From Glaucostegus cemiculus (Eukaryota), in the NCBI GenBank assembly GCA_976551045.1, contig CDPCPM010000029.1, positions 40,114,001-40,178,000 on the forward strand: a stretch of 64,000 nucleotides of DNA, read 5' to 3'. Both the position numbers and the translations under genes were made by a program. Positions 60,201-64,000 of the stretch are shown piece by piece; positions within the stretch are counted from its first letter, which is position 1, and every line of letters starts with the position of its first letter. Below the pieces are notes generated by a model. It was not told the DNA's origin. It saw only the letters and a list, made by a program, of their open reading frames with translations, and ran no database searches.

Positions 60201-62964
60201 TTACAAAGACTTGGCTGTCACAAGGGCAGGTATGGCCGCAAGATATTCTGGGATTGAGATGTTTTGAAAGTGACAGGGACGGAGGTAAAAGAGGTGAGGG
60301 TGCGGCTTTGCTGACCAGGGACAGCGTCACAACTGTAGAAAGGGAGGATGTCCTGAAGGGATCGTCTACTGAGTCAGTGTGGGTGGAAGTCAAAAACAAG
60401 AAGGAAGAGATCACTCTATTGGAAGTATTCTATAGACCACTCCCCCCCACCACCAATAGCAGCAAAGACACTGAGGAGCAGATCAGGAGGCAGATTTTGA
60501 TGAGGTGCAAAAATAACAGGGATGTTGTCATAGGTGATTTCAACTTAAATTTTATAAATTTTTATAAATTTTATTTACAGCATGGTAACAGGCCCTTTTG
60601 GCCCAACAAGTCCGCGCCACCCATTTTAAACCCCCAAATTAACCTACCCGTATGTCTTTTCCCTTATATTGATTGGCACATGCTTAGTGTAATGGGGATA
60701 GATGGTGCAGAGTGCAGAAAAATGGATGGCTATGTGGGAGGGAAGGGTTAGATAGATCTTAGAGCAGGATAAAATGTCAGCACAACATCATGGGCCAAAG
60801 TGCCTGTACTGTGCCGTAATGTTCTATGTTATCAGCAACGGAGCTTCAACATTTATTAGAAGTTAGATAACCCAATACATAGACACATCTATAATTACCA
60901 ATTATACACAGATGGTATAGCAGTAACTGCAGACAAGAGCATAAAATTTTAAAAACCTGATAGATCAAGCACGTAGGCAAAACCGTGACAGGTGGATTTC
61001 AAATCAGACAAACAAGGTCTTCCGTCTCAAAACACAAAGATATCTCCAATCATTATTCCACTGATACAATGCTACGAACAGTGGAGGTCCAAGCATTCAG
61101 TGCTCCATGTCCACTGATTGCTAACAAGTATGGAATGCTAGTTTTTAACATTTGGAGGGTAAGTCTTCCTAAAGCTATACAAAGTAGTGGCTAGATCAGC
61201 TTAGAGGAATTATGCAGAGTTTAGGGCACTGCATGTGAAGGAACTGTGAAAACTTCAAATTTACTGGAATACTTACAGGTCTTTAAGAGTTACTGAGGAA
61301 AAGTTAGATAATCAATAGGCTTGAATTCCCTGGAATGTAGAATGTTAGGAGTGACATTTAATTTTAGAATTAACAAGAGAAAATGTTTTTTTGCTGATGG
61401 AAGAGTTTAAGATAGGGGACATAATTGAAGAACAGTCAGAGCCAAGCCATTCAGAAATTAAGAGTCCACAAAAAAGGACAATGCTGTCTCATCAAATATT
61501 TTGAGGTTGATGCTTCTTTTGCTAGACAACAGCACAAAAGATATTGAGCAAAGACAGACAGATGAAACTATAAAACAGAGGTGACCTCAACCTTATTCTT
61601 GATCATACACTTCATGTCAATTCACATGGTTTTCATAGTTAACAATGGAGTTGGCTCTCATTGAATAGTTTTCTGATCTTGAGACCCAAAGTCTCACAGT
61701 AAAGTGCACCTTCCCCTGGGCCCAAGTATTAACAAAAATACTCCAAGGCCTATAGACTTAATGTTTAGGGAATTACATTTCCTAACAGTTGTAATGGTGG
61801 GAATAAGGCAAATAAACATATAGCCTTAGAACTTCAGTAAGAATAAATTATTTTCCTTTGCTCGCCCATTCACCAGTTGTGTTTCGGCCACCTGTTTCTC
61901 ACGAAGAGGCGGCGTGTTAGTTATCATAATCCTTTTGATCATTTAATAAAACATTAAAATATTACTATAACTTTTGTAATAAAATGACAGGCTGACAATC
62001 AAAATCCACCACAAGCATTTACTTGAAATATTCATGAGGCAATAAATATCTATAATAACACTTCAAGATTTTAATCACTTAAGACCCTTCTTTCCACACG
62101 CTGCTGTTTTGCAAACTGACTGTACTAAAATAGATTGCAGCATCGCTGCTGATGAGCATAGGAGTGGCCTGATTGGGCGCACTGTTTAACCTTCCACTCC
62201 CCATCGCCGATTACCAGCCTGCCATCACCATTTCCCCAAATCTCTAAACCACACTAGGTGGTTGCCTTGGGAATATGACTTTAGCACCATTGATCTGTTT
62301 TTCAGCAGTCGGCTTTCTAGTAGCATGCACAAATGAGGTGGCACCTGCAAACACAGCAAGTGGCTGCTGTCTACAAACACACAAGTTGCATTCCACCTTT
62401 TGTAAAATGGTAGAATTTAATGATTTGCCTGTTGAGCCCTGATTTGGTTGGGGCAAAATGCAGCACCTACTTAGCATACCAGAAGCGGTTGAAATCCAGT
62501 TTTCAGATTCAAGTTTTCCTACATTTACTATTTTGATGTCATCACTTCTGGCTTTTTTTTTAATAAAAGAACCTATATGTTTCACACACTGAAGTTACAA
62601 CCAGAATTGCTCAAAACCAGAACAACTTTCAATGTGATTATAAGCAAATAAAAGTGGTCTAAAAATACTGATATTTCCTTATGAAATGGCTGCAATGCAA
62701 ATGGTAATAATGAACATGTTATTTGGGTTTTAGTGTGCTTATTTTGATTCCTCTTCAAATGTAAAATAATTTTAATACTGTTTAACTATAAGAAAAATGT
62801 AAAAGGAAATGAGGAAAAGTCAAGGAATTTCATATTATAAAGTCCTTTAGCATACACATACCTGGTAAAGAATCCAATTTCCCATCCTGAAGCAGATCAT
62901 TCCAAATTTCTTGTCCCATGTCATTTGGATTAAAATCAGTTTGATGACTAATCTTCACATTTTG
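27008..62964 (-). CDS. GBA2: Non-lysosomal glucosylceramidase (GH116); spliced 3' portion (12 coding exons, 566 aa plus stop), 5' exons lie beyond window end
   Basis: Exons join in frame. Motifs [23 protein letters not shown] (nucleophile region), [23 protein letters not shown] (acid/base region), QSDEVWTG and FQTPEA...YMRPLSIW are present. Confidence 0.97.
28062..30960 (-). mobile_element. Long frameshifted CR1 ORF2 (endonuclease remnant through RT and tail) with an internal SINE insertion
   Basis: [45 protein letters not shown]. Confidence 0.92.
30118..30418 (+). mobile_element. V-SINE (Rex-type tail) inserted in CR1
   Basis: Same structure as 790-1072. Confidence 0.88.
31395..31560. mobile_element. 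Short Penelope-derived inverted pLTR element with a hammerhead-like core
   Basis: CTGATGA...ggtcattgacctGAAA followed by ccacagatgctgcctgacctgctg; inverted atgacccttcagcag immediately upstream. Confidence 0.65.
31654..31845 (-). CDS. GBA2: GBA2 exon (VFPKSH...GAVNGM...[20 protein letters not shown])
   Basis: 192 nt, conserved motif. Confidence 0.97.
32714..32829 (-). CDS. GBA2: GBA2 exon (KYYNYDSS...[10 protein letters not shown]...GEYE)
   Basis: 116 nt, conserved motif. Confidence 0.97.
34281..35725 (-). mobile_element. Rex1/Babar LINE (RT domain plus 3' tail), frameshifted
   Basis: [35 protein letters not shown]; tail ttcactgtacattggtacaagtgacaataataaa. Confidence 0.93.
35779..35921 (-). 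CDS. GBA2: GBA2 exon ([10 protein letters not shown]...FERILWNG)
   Basis: 143 nt, [10 protein letters not shown] motif. Confidence 0.97.
36476..36582 (-). CDS. GBA2: GBA2 exon ([36 protein letters not shown])
   Basis: 107 nt, DQTYD acid/base motif. Confidence 0.97.
37300..38625 (-). mobile_element. Decayed Penelope-like element
   Basis: Homologous to 21540-22520 (RT and GIY-YIG remnants). Confidence 0.7.
38655..39065 (+). mobile_element. Penelope 3'/pLTR fragment inverted relative to the adjacent copy
   Basis: gaggaacaacacttcatcttccatttagg ([10 protein letters not shown]) and terminal ccacagacgctgcttgacc...cagatttccagcatctg. Confidence 0.7.
39200..39830 (-). mobile_element. CR1 3' fragment
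   Basis: Antisense CR1 ORF2 end and tail. Confidence 0.85.
40128..40845 (-). mobile_element. 5'-truncated CR1 LINE (ORF 40214..40837)
   Basis: [21 protein letters not shown]; (tcttgtga)n tail. Confidence 0.93.
42082..43220 (-). mobile_element. 5'-truncated CR1 LINE, frameshifted RT
   Basis: [19 protein letters not shown]; same tail type as 40128-40845. Confidence 0.93.
43719..43870 (-). CDS. GBA2: GBA2 exon ([33 protein letters not shown]...)
   Basis: 152 nt, conserved motif, GT-AG. Confidence 0.97.
45327..45635 (-). mobile_element. Short CR1 3' end, same young subfamily as 7650-8775
   Basis: KTRGH.FK...[19 protein letters not shown], nearly identical to the end of ORF 7683..8693. Confidence 0.92.
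46780..47270 (+). mobile_element. Decayed Penelope 3' fragment
   Basis: GIY-YIG end remnant and pLTR terminal motif. Confidence 0.6.
48087..48194 (-). CDS. GBA2: GBA2 exon (AAVMKED...VVPHDIGDP)
   Basis: 108 nt, PHDIG motif. Confidence 0.96.
49287..49391 (-). CDS. GBA2: GBA2 exon ([20 protein letters not shown]...QYDI)
   Basis: 105 nt, highly conserved GH116 motif. Confidence 0.97.
49837..50021 (-). CDS. GBA2: GBA2 exon ([15 protein letters not shown]...YGRFAYLE)
   Basis: 185 nt; contains the YLE catalytic-nucleophile motif. Confidence 0.96.
50455..50735 (-). mobile_element. V-SINE (Rex-type tail)
   Basis: Reverse complement of the 790-1072 family. Confidence 0.88.
50968..51296. mobile_element. 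Tc1/mariner (Tigger/pogo-like) MITE with an internal long inverted repeat
   Basis: Terminal inverted repeats acagtaaaactc ... gagttttaccgta; internal 67-bp arms at 51061-51127 and 51152-51218. Confidence 0.65.
52326..52451 (-). CDS. GBA2: GBA2 exon (RWYTHFFG...[15 protein letters not shown])
   Basis: 126 nt, GT-AG, phase consistent. Confidence 0.95.
53421..53574 (-). CDS. GBA2: GBA2 exon (GKSKPTDKG...[14 protein letters not shown]...)
   Basis: 154 nt, LAWDMP motif, GT-AG. Confidence 0.95.
58650..58935 (-). mobile_element. V-SINE (Rex-type tail)
   Basis: Reverse complement of the 790-1072 family; internal C-run expanded. Confidence 0.88.
58940..59720 (+). mobile_element. Decayed CR1/L2-group LINE fragment
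   Basis: Homologous to 3590-4450 (ccaaagcct..ccacca.ctacaaggcac..., atccaggacaaagcagcc). Confidence 0.65.
59740..60832 (+). mobile_element. Internally deleted CR1: ORF1 esterase end, ORF2 APE endonuclease start and 3' tail, with a SINE-tail insertion at about 60547-60660
   Basis: [30 protein letters not shown] (ORF1); [20 protein letters not shown] and GDFN (APE); then the CR1 tail. Confidence 0.85.
62862..62964 (-). CDS. GBA2: GBA2 exon ([34 protein letters not shown])
   Basis: 103 nt, GT-AG, WxDLLQDGxLDS motif. Confidence 0.93.
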
Positions 62965-64000
62965 CTGTTTAAAGAAACACAATTGATTTAAACTACATTC
63001 ATAACATAATTTGATATATAGATAACATTCAAGTGTCTAACAAAAAGATATATTGTCACTATTGCAGATTTTTGTATGCCAGAACCCTTCTTCTATCTCA
63101 AGAAGAGTGGCTGCAGAAACCGGAATATATAAAGCCAGTCTTGCATTATGTATCACTTTTCTTGATCCCAGGACATCAAAAAGTACATTACACCAATTAC
63201 ATAATTTGAATTGTAAGAATTGATATAAGAAACAAGGTAAAAATATTCACACAGCACAGCAACCTTCTACAAACAGTGATATGAAAATAACCAGATAATG
63301 TTATTTTGTTTACTCTGATTTGCTTCAGTGACATTGATCAAGAGGTAATTATCAACCACAACACTGGGGATTACTCCTTGCTCTTCTTCAAAACAATGAC
63401 CAAGAATCTTTTGCATTGACGTGAATGTAGACAGGCCCAAGCTTTTCTGCCCCCAAAAACATTGTAATCTAAATCTTAGAACCTTGTCATGCTAAATTTG
63501 CCTATCCTTTCAAATACAAGACTACAATCAGATGAGTTATCTTATTAAATGGTAAAGTAAGTTTGACGTGCCAAGTGTGCGATTCCTGCTCCTACAACGC
63601 ACGTTTGCATGATCCAACTGAAGACATTCTTCAAATACGACCTGGAGTTGATCCAAACATGGGTAATTACTTAGGAAAGCCAAGTAAATGGCAGTATCTT
63701 TTAATAACTAAGACATCTCATATTCAGCCACTGTAAAGGCTGATTGCTTTTAACAATGCAAATGAACTCAAAACCTTGGTATCCGTGGACACGAATACTG
63801 TAGATTAATGGGAGTAATTTGTGAATCAGAGCTGCAGGATGTCATCAAATTTTGTAGCAGAAAAAAAGTTTTATTTTAATATATTGTTTCTATCAATGAA
63901 GCACTTGAAGATCCAAAATATTACATCTTGAACTTATAAATTTGCATGATAATTTTTCCATGCAAGAAAATATGGATGTACGTTGCCTTAATTGAACTCA

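Noticed and set aside
62244-62585. 113-aa minus-strand ORF as a GBA2 exon
   Set aside because: No GH116 similarity; exons 62862-62964 and 53421-53574 join without it

Overview
Eukaryotic genomic DNA, AT-rich and packed with retroelements typical of cartilaginous fish (V-SINEs, CR1, Rex1/Babar, Penelope); the taxon is inferred from the repeats alone. I reconstructed two minus-strand spliced genes by hand, with consistent splice phases. (1) TAF1C (RNA Pol I SL1 subunit): first 11 coding exons, ATG at 20237 down to 503, 448 codons, continuing past the window start, with a CpG/CCAAT-rich promoter at about 20.0-20.75 kb. (2) GBA2 (non-lysosomal glucosylceramidase, GH116): last 12 coding exons, 62964 down to the stop at 27008, 566 aa. 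Most ORFs in the supplied track are transposon fragments or noise. I found no convincing wholly new biological system. The best second-look items are a U12-type minor intron in TAF1C, relic minimal hammerhead ribozymes in Penelope termini, a near-perfect 67-bp hairpin inside a MITE, AG|GT recursive-splice or poison-exon candidates in the largest GBA2 intron in the window, a duplicated TGACAG-CCAAT promoter module, and V-SINEs with two different LINE-derived tails. Transposon boundaries are approximate.
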